This document shows, piece by piece, positions 24,834-37,503 of a stretch of DNA of 64,000 nucleotides. The notes beneath the pieces were generated by a model that was not told the origin of the DNA, did not search any database, and saw nothing but the letters and a program-made list of their open reading frames with translations. Source of the DNA: Octopus bimaculoides (Eukaryota); assembly GCF_001194135.2 (NCBI RefSeq), contig NC_068993.1, forward strand, positions 9,143,124 through 9,207,123, in the 5' to 3' direction. How positions within the stretch are numbered: the stretch's first letter is position 1; each line of letters starts with the position of its first letter. A program made the translations under genes and the position numbers.

Positions 24834-26097
24834 TGATGATGATGATGATGATTACGATGATGACACTAATACGACTTACTAAAAATAACCATAATAGGGT
24901 CATTATGATTTCGTAGGAATTTTCGCAACTTTGGAACAAGAAATCAGACATGTCAAATAAGGAGGTGGAGTCTTCCTCTCGACTCTTTGCCCCACCTCCT
25001 CTTCTTAATTAAGTAAATTAGAATACCCTTCATTACTAAAACAAAAACAAATACACACACACAAAAAACAAAAAACAAACCCCAAAGTGCAAAACTTCAT
25101 TAGTGAATGCAGTAATTAACTGTTATTTGAACAATCTGGCTGGACTTTTCACAATGTCACGAAAAGTAGTAGTTTTTATATTTTTAAAAAATTTGTTTGG
25201 TTTTTTTTTTTGTTTTTTAAATTTTTTTTTAATTAAAGAAGTAATAAGTTGCTTTTTTNNNNNNNNNNNNNNNNNNNNNNNNNNNNNNNNNNNNNNNNNN
25301 NNNNNNNNNNNNNNNNNNNNNNNNNNNNNNNNNNNNNNNNNNNNNNNNNNNNNNNNNNNNNNNNNNNNNNNNNNNNNNNNNNNNNNNNNNNNNNNNNNNN
25401 NNNNNNNNNNNNNNNNNNNNNNNNNNNNNNNNNNNNNNNNNNNNNNNNNNNNNNNNNNNNNNNNNNNNNNNNNNNTTTTTTCTTTTGTTTTTCTTTCAGC
25501 AATCTTTACATTTGGTTTCTTTTTCCTTGTTAATACCACCACCACCACTACGATCAGCGCCACCGTCACCACCACCATCACTACTGCCACTACCACCACC
25601 ACTGTCACTTTTACAGCAGCAGCACTACTATCACAACTCCCCACCACCACCACTGCCGCCTCCGCCGCCACCACCACCACCATCATCATCGTCGTCATTT
25701 ATTTTCTGTCTGTCTTTTTGGTGTAAGCATGGGTTGGGAAGGTTTGTAATGCCAGTAATCAACCATGCACATGATTTACTTGAGTTCACAGCTGAACAAT
25801 TGGGTTGGGTGAGTTTGCAAATTTACATATTTGTACAAACTGGGACAGCAAGCAATTCCCTTTGTTTTGCTTTCATGTCATTTCAGTTAGATGCAATGAA
25901 ATACCTACGATTAACAGTTCCATTAATTATGGGCTGAAACTAATTAAGGTTCCTCTTATGATATTCCCCTCATTATAGCATTTACAATTGACATTACGAT
26001 GAGAAGAGATATATACTAATGCTTAGGATTCAAGACAGAGCCTTCACATATAAGACCATCTGACCCATGCAGGCACGGAAAAGCAGACATTAAAATG

Positions 26098-26143
<46 letters not shown>

Positions 26144-26146
<3 letters not shown>

Positions 26147-26415
26147 CACAGGAGGGGCTGTGTGGTAAGAAGCTTGCTTCCTAACCACATGGTTCTGGGT
26201 TCAGTCCCACTGTGTGGCACTTTGGGCAAGTGTCTTCTACTATAGCCTTGGGCCAACCAAAGCCTTGTGAGTGGATTTGCTAGATGGAAACTGAAAGAAG
26301 CCTGTCGTGCATATATATACATATATGTATATATTTATGTGTGTGTGTTTGTCTGTGTTTGTTCCCTTAGCATCGCTTGACAACTGATGTTAGTGTGTTT
26401 ATGTCCCCTGTAACT
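26144..26415 (+). mobile_element. SINE family A, 3'-truncated at a hairpin
   Basis: Head through GTCCCCTGTAACTTA, directly followed by the palindrome at 26413-26492. Confidence 0.8.
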
Positions 26416-26640
26416 TACAGCTGTTTCTGCTATGTTTCACAAGCACTCAGCTGTGAGTGCACTGTAATCTTATAGCAGAAACAGCTGTAAGTCTATGAAG
26501 TTGATTACATAATTCTTGTTCCTTTGTCATTCATTAATTAATACCATGCTCTGCACTCACCCAAATAATGCTCTACTCTAAAGCATATGAATACTGAGTT
26601 CAAACAACTAGTTTTAGTATCGCTATGCCTAAGTGAAATC

Positions 26641-26995
26641 AGGCAGGGCTGTGTGGTAAGAAGCCTGCTTCCTCAATCACATGGTTCTGGGTTCAATCCC
26701 ACTGCATGGCACCTTGGGCAAGTGTCTTCTACAACAGCTTCCGGATAACCAAAGTCTTGTGATGGAAACTGAAAGAAAACTGTCATGTGTGTCTTTGTTT
26801 GTCCTCCACCACCGCTTGACAACAGGTGTTGGTGTGTTTATGTCAATGTATCCAAGTGGTTTGGTAAATAGAGAACCAAAAGAATAAGAATCAGGCATTA
26901 AAAAAAAATAAGTATTGGGGTTGAGTTGTTCAACTAGTACCCTTCAAGGTGGTACCCCAGCATGGCCACAGTCAAATGACTGAAACAAGATGAAA
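26641..26995 (+). mobile_element. SINE family A
   Basis: Head, core and tail CATGGCCACAGTCAAATGACTGAAACAAG. Confidence 0.8.
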
Positions 26996-29319
26996 GAGAA
27001 GTATACATGCGTGCATGTGTGTATACACACACACACTCCCACACAATTTAATGTGTATATTTAACCAGATAAAACAAATAAGGTGGACACTAAAACCAAT
27101 CTGAAGGATTATGAATTCAAATCATGTGTTTTCATCACAGGAGCTGTAGTCTATTTCCTAAGCAATGATTATTTAGCTTAACAGCTTCTCGTCCTAATCC
27201 ACATGTATCCTAATCTCTAGATTTCTGAAATTTTAGATTTTCCCATGTGCACAGCTTAATTCATCACATTGGCAATGATCTTAATAACTTAAACTATTGA
27301 GTTTCATTGTGAGATCAAACCCTGCTCTCTTCTTATTGTCTTATGCGCATCCATCTCGACTCTTTTATTGGGTTTATAATATATATTTATAAGCATGTAT
27401 ACTCTTTCAACCTGTAGTATCCATCAAGATGAAGAATGAACTATCTTATTGTTACACACACATTCACATGACAAGCTTCTTTCAATTTCTGTCTATCAGA
27501 TCCACTTGCAAGGTTTTGGTTCATCCTGGCCTGAAGAAGATACTTGGCCCAAAGTGCCACACAGTGGGACTCTATCCAAAAGCACAAAGTTGAGAAGCAA
27601 ACTTCTTTCTCACACCACCACTTACATGAGTGTGTATGTGTGTATTTGTGTGCGTGTGTGTATGGGAGTGTTTTGATAAAGACCTTGTATTATAAAGATC
27701 TACAAATTGTGTTCAACCATCTTCTGTAAACACTTAATATCTAAAATCCATTCGACTTGGTTTGTAAAATGAACAACAGGTCGTTGACTTCTTAGATTTT
27801 GAGCATTTAGGTGTTAAACATACCACAAATGTTACACATGCTTTGAAGATGTGTGTGTGTATGTGTGTGTGTTTGTGCTTATTTGGATACATACACACAC
27901 ACATACTTATAAGTGTGTGTGAATATATATTATTATATTGCCTTGAAGTAGGTGAGTATTCTGTGCTTAGAACCAACCCATACTGAAAGTATGTACATGT
28001 ATACACATGTGTGAGTTTATAGTTATCATTATTACAAATTATTCGTATTTGAAATTTTGTTTCTATCTTCATAAGTGAAGTGGATTAAGAAGAAGAAGAA
28101 GAAGAAGAAGAAGAAAATGTAGGCTAACTGCTGATTCTCTAAATGTAATTTACTAGGCTGTATTGCTCACACCTTTAATTACATCTCTCTTTATTTATGA
28201 TGCCTACAGGTGTCAGCGGTCATGGACCTTTATACTAAAACCTGAAGAAGATTCATGATTTGTCATGGGAATGATACAGTAATAGTTTCTTGCAGCGATC
28301 TGCCAGTTTATTTATAATCTAGTTTGTTAGTCTTCTGCTCTCTCAAGTTTCCCGTTGAGGCAATGGTTCAATTCAAACCTCAGTCATGAGGACTCATTTG
28401 CATAACATCAAGACATGACCACACATAGGTATTACTGTGTAATACATGTCTAAGGGCTAGCCCTTCCCCTGTATGCCTTATCCACAGGATCACCTTCTGA
28501 ACTTTAACCCATAACTCAGACCCTTGACAGGCACGACTGGCCAGAGTCATCCAGAGTGTTGTGGTCAATAAGGGATAGTTCTATACTCCTCAAAATACAT
28601 GAACTCCCAAATTGAGGCCCTCATTGTTGTACATAATTTAATGTTTTTAGCCAAAGACAACTTGCATTAAGATATTTCTAATAAAATACACCACTTGCTG
28701 CATTTGATAGCATATAGGATGTATTTATTTTTCAAAAAAGTGTCTCAAAAAAAAAAGTTGTTTTAAAAAGTACTTGCTTTAATATACTGAAAACTTCTTT
28801 TCTAAAACAGATGCTGCTGAAATTGGGTGCATCTAATATACTTGTGCATCTTATATGCCATCAAATATAGAAAGTGTTTCGATTAATTTAGAAAATAACC
28901 AACACTTTCGAAAGATTTTGTATGTTACCAACTTTTCCATTATTAAACTACTTTAAGCCATTAGCATTTAATCCAGCCACATCTGGCCCAAATATTCTGA
29001 CTGATTTATGTTAAAACTGACCAGATCCAGCCTCTCACATCTACCCTACAATGTTATTCTATAAATCTACAAGATAATGCATGCTTAATTCAAAACAATG
29101 TGAACGAATAGGCAATACATTTGACAAAGAAATTTGAATGCAAAAGGGTCAAATTTTTTTTAATCTAAAATTACAATGGAAGATTCCAATTTAAATATGA
29201 ATATTTTTAAAAAAGACATTCTGTATCATAGAACAAGAGGCTGTCTCAGGCAAGTTGGCATCAAAAATGGTTAAAGACTCACTCAAGCATGTAGAGCCTT
29301 TCATACTATAGACATCAAT

Positions 29320-29930
29320 AAAATCTCTTCCTAATGCCAACCTCCCCAAGAGTGTTGAGGGTGCCTTTTATGTACCAGTTACAAAGCACTGGCATCAGTT
29401 GACTTGGCAGGTCTTCTCAAGCATGGCATATTGCCAAAAGTCTGTCACTTGTCACTGCCTCTGTGAGGCCCAATGTCCAAACGGTGCTATTTACTCGCCA
29501 CCAGCATGGGTGCCAGTTATGCAAAACCAGCCTCGGTTACGATGATGATCTCACTTGGCTTGATGGATCTTCTCAAGCAGGGTACATTGCCAAAAGTCTC
29601 AGTCACTTGTCACTACCTCTGTGAGACCCAAAGTTTGAAGGGTGCTTTTTAAGTGCCAGTTATGCGACACTGGCATCAGCCATGACCATGATTTCACTTG
29701 GCTTGACAGGTCTTCTCAAGCACAACCTATCACCTGTGCAATTGAATCTAAAACCACATGATTGCAAAAAAAAAAACTTTCTGCTTTGATTATGCCTTAG
29801 TTATGCTTACTGCTGTTGATAATGATGATGATGATGCAGTGATGACAGAGTCATCAAACACTATCATCACCACCATCATCATCAACATTTAACGTCTGCC
29901 TTCCGTGCTGGTATGGGTGGAACTATATAT
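29320..29930 (-). repeat. Diverged RTE-tail-associated region with a ~150 bp unit repeated about 2.3 times
   Basis: TCTTCTCAAGCA...TTGCCAAAAGTCT..GTCACTTGTCACT.CCTCTGTGAG.CCCAA recurs at about 29413, 29570 and 29712 (partial). A (CAT)n-TTTAACGTCTGCCTT tail sits at about 29870-29920. Confidence 0.5.
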
Positions 29931-31609
29931 AACAGTAATAAGTATTTGATGTACCAAACCTCAATCACAGCCCATACATAACCAGTTAAACTAGCTACAG
30001 TTAGGCTGTTAATACCCTTTGGAGGAAAGATATAAAGAACACTATATCTCATTTCCTTTGCCTTGAAAATGATAAGCCTTTTACATTTATTATTTACAAC
30101 TGACAGATTAACAGCATGAAGATTAGGCTCTTAATGGATTATATTTCCATGGTAAGATTAACACAGTTTAGTTATGCCAAAAGGTGTTGAATCAGCAAAT
30201 TCATTTTTATGTATAATTACAGTGCATTGCTATGTATTTGATCTAAAGGTGACGGGTTCAAATACAAGTTAAACGCTGTGCTTTTAAGAGCAAGAAAGCG
30301 GTGCTTCTGGCTTTGGTTTTATGAAACTGAAAGAGGGCACTAAATTCTTTAGAAAATATTGAAACTGGATAATTATGTTTTTAAGGGTATAAGGCACAAA
30401 CATGGTTCTGTGGTTAAAAATCTTGCTTCCTAACCACATGGTTTCTGGTTCATACCAACTGCATGGCACCTTGGGTAAATATCTACTAAAATGATGAAAA
30501 CGATTTTTTCAAATGATATAATGTCTCCATTGGACATGCGCTAAACACCATTTAACAGACAAAATTGGCTGGCAAATCAGCAGAATGCTCGTCTTTCATT
30601 GACTGAATTTACCTTACAATAGTTACCTGGTTATACCCAACTGGTTGTTTGCTGTTGAGTATAACTGTAGTACATAACAGTATGGTCCTCACTTTCACTG
30701 TCCTACAATTATTCAAGCATGCCATGCATCAATGGTGATTGCATGCACTCATCACTGCTGACCACCGTCCACCTAACACTATAGCTACTGGTGCCCAACT
30801 ATGATTGCAGCCAACCAAACTGTTGATATCAGAAAAACCATGACCAGCTTCTCTGTTAGTATAGTGGAAGACGCAAGATAAGTTTCAAAGTATATATTTG
30901 TTTTTCTTTAATAAACGGAAAAAAAAAAAAAAAAAACTTCAGAAGAGAAAACCCCCCACAAAAAACCCCACTTCTGTGCCACAAAATAAGGTACTTGAAA
31001 AAACAAAGGAACAGACAAAAATAATAGCACAAAGCCCTTCATTTCATTTTGGCACTTACAATAATGGTAAAGGGGGTGGGAGTGAATATATGGTGATGCA
31101 TTGGTGGTAATGGTTGCAGTAATAATAATGGTGGTGGTGGTGGTGGTGGNNNNNNNNNNNNNNNNNNNNNNNNNNNNNNNNNNNNNNNNNNNNNNNNNNN
31201 NNNNNNNNNNNNNNNNNNNNNNNNNNNNNNNNNNNNNNNNNNNNNNNNNNNNNNNNNNNNNNNNNNNNNNNNNNNNNNNNNNNNNNNNNNNNNNNNNNNN
31301 NNNNNNNNNNNNNNNNNNNNNNNNNNNNNNNNNNNNNNNNNNNNNNNNNNNNNNNNNNNNNNNNNNNNNNNNNNNNNNNNNNNNNNNNNNNNNNNNNNNN
31401 NNNNNNNNNNNNNNNNNNNNNNNNNNNNNNNNNNNNNNNNNNNNNNNNNNNNNNNNNNNNNNNNNNNNNNNNNNNNNNNNNNNNNNNNNNNNNNNNNNNN
31501 NNNNNNNNNNNNNNNNNNNNNNNNNNNNNNNNNNNNNNNNNNNNNNNNNNNNNNNNNNNNNNNNNNNNNNNNNNNNNNNNNNNNNNNNNNNNNNNATAAT
31601 CTAAAATAG

Positions 31610-32135
31610 AATCACTGCTGTAGGTGATCATGATGGTGATGGTGGCGGGGGGGGGGAATGGTGGAGGTGGTGGTAGGCGGTAATGGTGGTGGCAATCGTA
31701 GTGAGTGGTGGTGGTGGTAGTGTTGGTTGTGATGACGGAGGTGGTGGTGCTGACAGTGGTAGAAGTGGTGATGGTGGTAGTGATGGTGGTGGTAGTGGAG
31801 GTGGTAGTGGTGATGAGGGTGGTAATGGTGACGATAGGGATGGTGGTAGAGGTGGTGGTAGTGGTAGTGATGGTGGTAGTGTTGGTGGTGGTAGTGGAGG
31901 TGGTAGTAATAGTGGTGGTAGTGATAGTGGTGATGACGGTGGTAATGATGATGATAGGGATGGTGGTAGTGGTGGTGGTAGAGGTGGTGATGGTGGTGGT
32001 AGTGGTAGTGATGGTGGTAGTGTTGGTGGTGGTAGTGGAGGTGGTAGTAATAGTGGTGGTGGTGATAGTGGTGATGACGGTGACGGTAGGGATGGTGGTA
32101 GAGATGGCGGCAGCGGAGGTGTTGGTGGTGGTTGA
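31610..32135 (+). repeat. (GGT/AGT/GAT)-derived low-complexity array with a higher-order ~120 bp unit
   Basis: GGTAGTGGAGGTGGTAGT..AGTGGTG..GACG.TAGGGATGGTGGTAG recurs about 3 times. Confidence 0.8.
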
Positions 32136-32846
32136 TGATAGTGGCCATGGTATGTGTATATGGGGTAGGTGGGAGAGAAAGAGGGGAAGTTGCAAGAGGT
32201 GGTCAAGTGGTAAGATGGTGACAGTGATTGACCTATTAGTGGCCACTGAGTGGTTGCTTACTTTTCTTATCAACAGTTCTTACACTAATGAATAGAGAGA
32301 ATGACCAACAGACAGCAAATTTAGCAGTCAGTGAGTTACTTAATTAGTCAGACACCATAGTCCTTTTATCTTTCAGTTTTTTTAATTATTTCTTATTGTT
32401 TTACATCCGTTTGACCGTCCTATAAATAGGTTAAAATAACACATTAGTTGATTCTTCATAAATTTACGTTTACTTTTTTTAATATTTTTTTATATAAATG
32501 AGGTGGAATTATTTTTTGAATAGCATGGCTGTGTGGTTAAGAAGCTCACTTTGCAACCATGAGGGTTCAGGTTCAATCCTATTGTGCGATACCTTGAGTA
32601 AATGATACCTACTATGGTCCTGAGCTGATGGCGGGCAAGAACTATGTACAAGCCTGTATGTGTGTGTTTGCATGCATATACAAATGTATATGTGTGTGTG
32701 CATGTGTATATATATATATATATATATAAGAGTCACAGAAGTCTGGTGCAAGCTTCGGCCAGGCCAACTCTTGAGGTACCGTCCCACCCATGCTAGCATG
32801 GAACACAGATGTTAAATGATGATGGTGATGATGATGATATATATAT

Positions 32847-33140
32847 AAACATGGAGGAGGATCTGTGATGATCTGGGGGGGGCTATATCTTGGAAATCTG
32901 CTGGCCCAATGGCTTCCCTTCCTGGTAGAATTAATAGTCAAGACTATTTAAGCATTTTATCTGATCAAATTCATCTTGTGGTTACAGAACTGTTTCCGGA
33001 GGGTAACGCAATCTTTCAGGATGATAATGCACCAATTCACACAGCTAAAGTTTTTACTGAATGGCACGAGGAACATTCTTGTGAAGTTGAACATCTTATC
33101 TGGCCACCACAGTCCCCAGATCTCGATATTATTGAGCATT
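32847..33140 (+). mobile_element. Tc1/mariner transposase remnant (DDE region), truncated and frameshifted
   Basis: KHGGGSVMIWG, frameshift in a G run, then AISWKSAGPM...AIFQDDNAPIHTAK...HLIWPPQSPDLDIIEH. These are Tc1 motifs GGSVMxWG, FQDDNAPxH and WPxQSPDLNxIE. Confidence 0.9.
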
Positions 33141-33162
33141 CTGGATTTATTCATTCTGGACT

Positions 33163-33203
<41 letters not shown>

Positions 33204-33689
33204 CATCAACATCATCATTTAATGTCCATTGTCCATGCTAAATTAGAAAGGAACTCAAGTCATTTTGCCTCCATCAGACCCAATGCTCAAAAGGTACTCA
33301 AGTCATTTTGCCTACGTCAGGCCCAAAACCCGAAAGGAACTCAGTCACTTTGCCCCCGTGAGGCCCATACATACATGACAAGTGCTTGTTTCAGTTTCTG
33401 TCAACCAAAATCCATTCATGAGGATTACAGTAGAAGAAGCTTGCTCAAGTAGCAGCACAGTGGGACTGAACCCAAGGCCACATGGTTGGAAGCAGGAATT
33501 TTAACAAATGGTGAGACACTGTATTGGAGAAGGCTCCCCCAACCCATGCAGGCATGGAAAAGTTACGTAAAACAGCAATGATGTGTATAAAGTCATTCGC
33601 ATGAAACCTGTGTGCCATTTCTAACAGGTTTAGCAACCACATAGAAGCTCCGTCATTAGTTTGAAGCAGGTTATTATTATTATTATTAT

Positions 33690-33750
<61 letters not shown>

Positions 33751-34119
33751 GGTGGTGGTAATAATAGTCAAAGCTAAATAAAGTAAGAAGGAAGAAAAGA
33801 AGGAAGCAACAGAAGGAAGGTTAGAAAAATATAAGAACATGATGATGGTGACGATGCTGACGATAATGATGACGATGATGATGATGGAGAAAAGGAAATA
33901 AGTGGATGTCAAAGAAAAAGAAGAAAAAAGTGTGTGTGTGTGGGGGGAAGGCTGAGGAGAAGAAAAGCACAGAAAGAGATGGGGGGGGGGAAAGAAGCAG
34001 AGAGAAAGGAAAAAAAAAAAGATGTAGTTGACAGAGAGAAAGCGAGGATCTCATGATATCAACAGTTTCTCAATAACAGATTTATTAGTTCATAACTGCT
34101 GACTCTAATAAGTACAAAT

Positions 34120-34150
<31 letters not shown>

Positions 34151-34630
34151 CCACCACCACCACCGTCATCGTCATCACCACCGCCATTATCGTCATCAGC
34201 GTTACCACCACCACCATTACCATCAGCAGTGCCACTGTTACCGTCATCATCATCATCATCATCATCACATCATCATCATCATCATCATCATCAAATACAA
34301 CAACAAGAGGCTGATAAACTGGGTCAACGAAGCAGTAATAATACAAATTATAGTAATTATTCCTCACAATATTCTGCTGTTACAACGGTATTTTTGTTTT
34401 CCCTTATTGGTCCTGATGGATTTGGTGGCGCTATTGCAAAAAAGAAAAATCTCAGAAAAGAAAGCAACCCAGGAGCAGCTGTATGATAAGAAGTCTGCTT
34501 CCCAACCATGTGATTCTAGGTTCAGTCTCACTGCATGGCACTTAGGAAGAGTGTCTTTTCCAATAGCCCCGAGTCCACCAAAGCGTTTCTGAGAAGGATT
34601 TGATAGACCGAAACTGAAAGAAGCCCACTG

Positions 34631-34680
<50 letters not shown>

Positions 34681-35524
34681 TAACAAACAGGTAGTAGGAG
34701 AAATTCTTTGGTATTATTTATTCACCATTACATGTGTTTCATTTGCTAATAGGAATCACAAAATTGTACATGAAGGAAACATGTAAGAAATCTCTGATTA
34801 GAAAGGCCACAGAGGACATAACTTGGATTTTAACCCTACCCACATAATATATATATTATATGTATATGTATTGTGTGTACATATAATATATATTGTTGTT
34901 ATTATGCAAAAGTGTCGTAAGTCCAAAACGTTGCTTTTTCAGAAAACGAAAAAATAGTTACACCATTCCATAGCAGAACTAAACTTTGACAATTTTTGAT
35001 ATTTTGGCATCTGAAAAAAACTGGAGATACAATAGTTTGACCAAAAGAATCAGCTATTGCAAGTTAAAATAAATATTGCAAAAAAAAAAAGCATTTGGCC
35101 AAAATTGGACATACGACAGTTTAACATAATAGCAACGATATATATATATATGTGTGTTTGTGTTTGAATCTCACCTTTGTTTCTCAACAAGTGTTTGTTT
35201 ATGTTCCCGTAACTTAGTAGTTTGGTAAAAGAGACAGACAGAATAATTACCAAGTTTAAAAAATAACTCCTGGGAGTGATTTTTTTTATTAAACTCTTCA
35301 AGGCAGTGCCCCAACATGGCTGCACTTAAATTCAAAGCAGCGCTCCAGCATGGCCACACTAAAACTCTCCAAGGTGGTGCTCCAGCATGGCTGTACTTAA
35401 ACAAGTACGAGATAAGAGATACATAAATTTATATACAAATCTAGGACCAATGCTCAATGAAGTAGATGGAAACTGAAAGAAGCCTCTGGTGTGTGTGTGT
35501 GTGTGTATGTGTGATGGGCTTCTT

Positions 35525-35765
35525 TCAGTTTGTTATTTCTTTATTACCCACAAGGGGCTAAACATAGAGGGGACAAGCAAGGACAGACCAAGTGATTAAG
35601 CCAATTACATCGACTCCAGTGCATAACTGGTACTTAATTTATCGATCCCGAAAGGATGAAAGGCAAAGTCGGCCTCAGCGGAATTTGAACTCAGAACGTC
35701 ACGGCAGATGAAATACCGCTAAGCATTTCGCCCGGCGTGCTAACGTTTCTGCAAGCTCACCGCCT
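35525..35765 (-). mobile_element. SINE family B, CpG-retaining (young) copy
   Basis: AGGCGGTGAGCTTGCAGAAACGTTAGCACGCCGGGCGAAATGCTTAGCGG head on the minus strand. Confidence 0.85.
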
Positions 35766-35770
35766 TTCCC

Positions 35771-36519
35771 GGCTTCTTTCAGTTTCCGTCTACCAAATCC
35801 ACTCACAAGGCTTTGGTCGGCCCGAGGCTATAGTAGAAGACACTTGCCCAAGATGCCACACTGNNNNNNNNNNNNNNNNNNNNNNNNNNNNNNNNNNNNN
35901 NNNNNNNNNNNNNNNNNNNNNNNNNNNNNNNNNNNNNNNNNNNNNNNNNNNNNNNNNNNNNNNNNNNNNNNNNNNNNNNNNNNNNNNNNNNNNNNNNNNN
36001 NNNNNNNNNNNNNNNNNNNNNNNNNNNNNNNNNNNNNNNNNNNNNNNNNNNNNNNNNNNNNNNNNNNNNNNNNNNNNNNNNNNNNNNNNNNNNNNNNNNN
36101 NNNNNNNNNNNNNNNNNNNNNNNNNNNNNNNNNNNNNNNNNNNNNNNNNNNNNNNNNNNNNNNNNNNNNNNNNNNNNNNNNNNNNNNNNNNNNNNNNNNN
36201 NNNNNNNNNNNNNNNNNNNNNNNNNNNNNNNNNNNNNNNNNNNNNNNNNNNNNNNNNNNNNNNNNNNNNTGACGGGGACATAAGCACACCAGCATCGGTT
36301 GTCAAGCAATGCTAGGGGGACAAACACACACACACACACATATATATACATATACACGACAGGCTTCTTTCAGTTTCCGTCTACCAAATCCACTCACAAG
36401 GCTTTGGTCGGCCCGAGGCTATAGTAGAAGACACTTGCCCAAGATGCCACACTGTGGAACTGAACCCGGAACCATGTGGTTAGTCAGCAGGCTACTTACC
36501 ACACAGCTACTCCTGCGCC
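35771..36519 (-). mobile_element. SINE family A spanning an N-gap (part assembled twice)
   Basis: 35771-35863 is identical to 36362-36454. Confidence 0.75.
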
Positions 36520-37199
36520 TGTTAATTTTTTACCAGTTTGATATTGGATGACGTTCATGTAGCTTATGCCACCACCACCACCACTGCCACCACCATCATC
36601 ATCACTTAGTGTTCACTTTTCGATGCTTGCATGGGTCAGACAAAAATTTGTAGAGACTGGTATGGGATCGCAAATTGGTCAGAGGAGCAGGGACAGATAG
36701 GAGAGAGAGAAAAGAGAGAGAGAGAGGGTCAAGTAAATCAATCACAATTCTTGATTGGCAATTCATTTTATCAACCTCAGAAGAAGAAAAGGTGAAGTTG
36801 GCCCTAGCAATGATTTGAACTCAGAATGTGAAAAAAAGGGACTTCAATGCACTCAATCACCTTTATAACAACAACAACAACTACAGCAGCAGAAGCATTA
36901 ACAGCAGAAGATATGAATGAATTGAAAATGTCATGTTTAAGAATTGCTCACAAATAGAGGACAGCTGGTTGTATGTAATACAGCTTAAGGCTATAGATTC
37001 TTCACCCTACATGTGTTAGATGAATGAATAAACTTGACCTGAAATGCATTGAGATTCAATCATTGATATTTTTGTCAATGATATACATGCATACATATAT
37101 ATGTATGCATATATATATATATATATGCACACACGCACATATATACATACATGCTCAATTACNNNNNNNNNNNNNNNNNNNNNNNNNNNNNNNNNNNNN

Positions 37200-37231
<32 letters not shown>

Positions 37232-37459
37232 GTGTGTGTATGTATATATATATATCTTTATGAATACATACACATATGCATACATACCTTTATACCTATG
37301 TGAGTGTGTGTATGAGAAATAGATTTCATTTCACTTTTTTTATATTCAAAACGAGAATCAACAATTTACTTTCGACATGTGTAAAAAAAAAAAAACTGAA
37401 GAGAAACTTCTTTATATGTGGAATGGAGGTCATATAAATAGAAATGTATGAGCGTGGAA

Positions 37460-37503
<44 letters not shown>

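Noticed and set aside
30626-30851. Minus-strand AG...GT block starting EAGHGFSD
   Set aside because: In-frame TGA and no similarity to the segment expected between the flanking Gemin5 exons, which already join in phase.
31056-32295. Long Thr-, His-, Pro-, Gly- and Val-rich ORFs (up to 405 aa), mucin-like or glycine-rich in appearance
   Set aside because: All frames are open because the DNA is a GGT/AGT/GAT triplet array plus an N-gap. There are no splice signals and it lies in a Gemin5 intron.
35771-36454. Identical 93 bp SINE segment on both sides of a gap, suggesting a recent duplication
   Set aside because: Exact identity including private variants, directly flanking an N-gap, is most simply a contig-overlap artefact.
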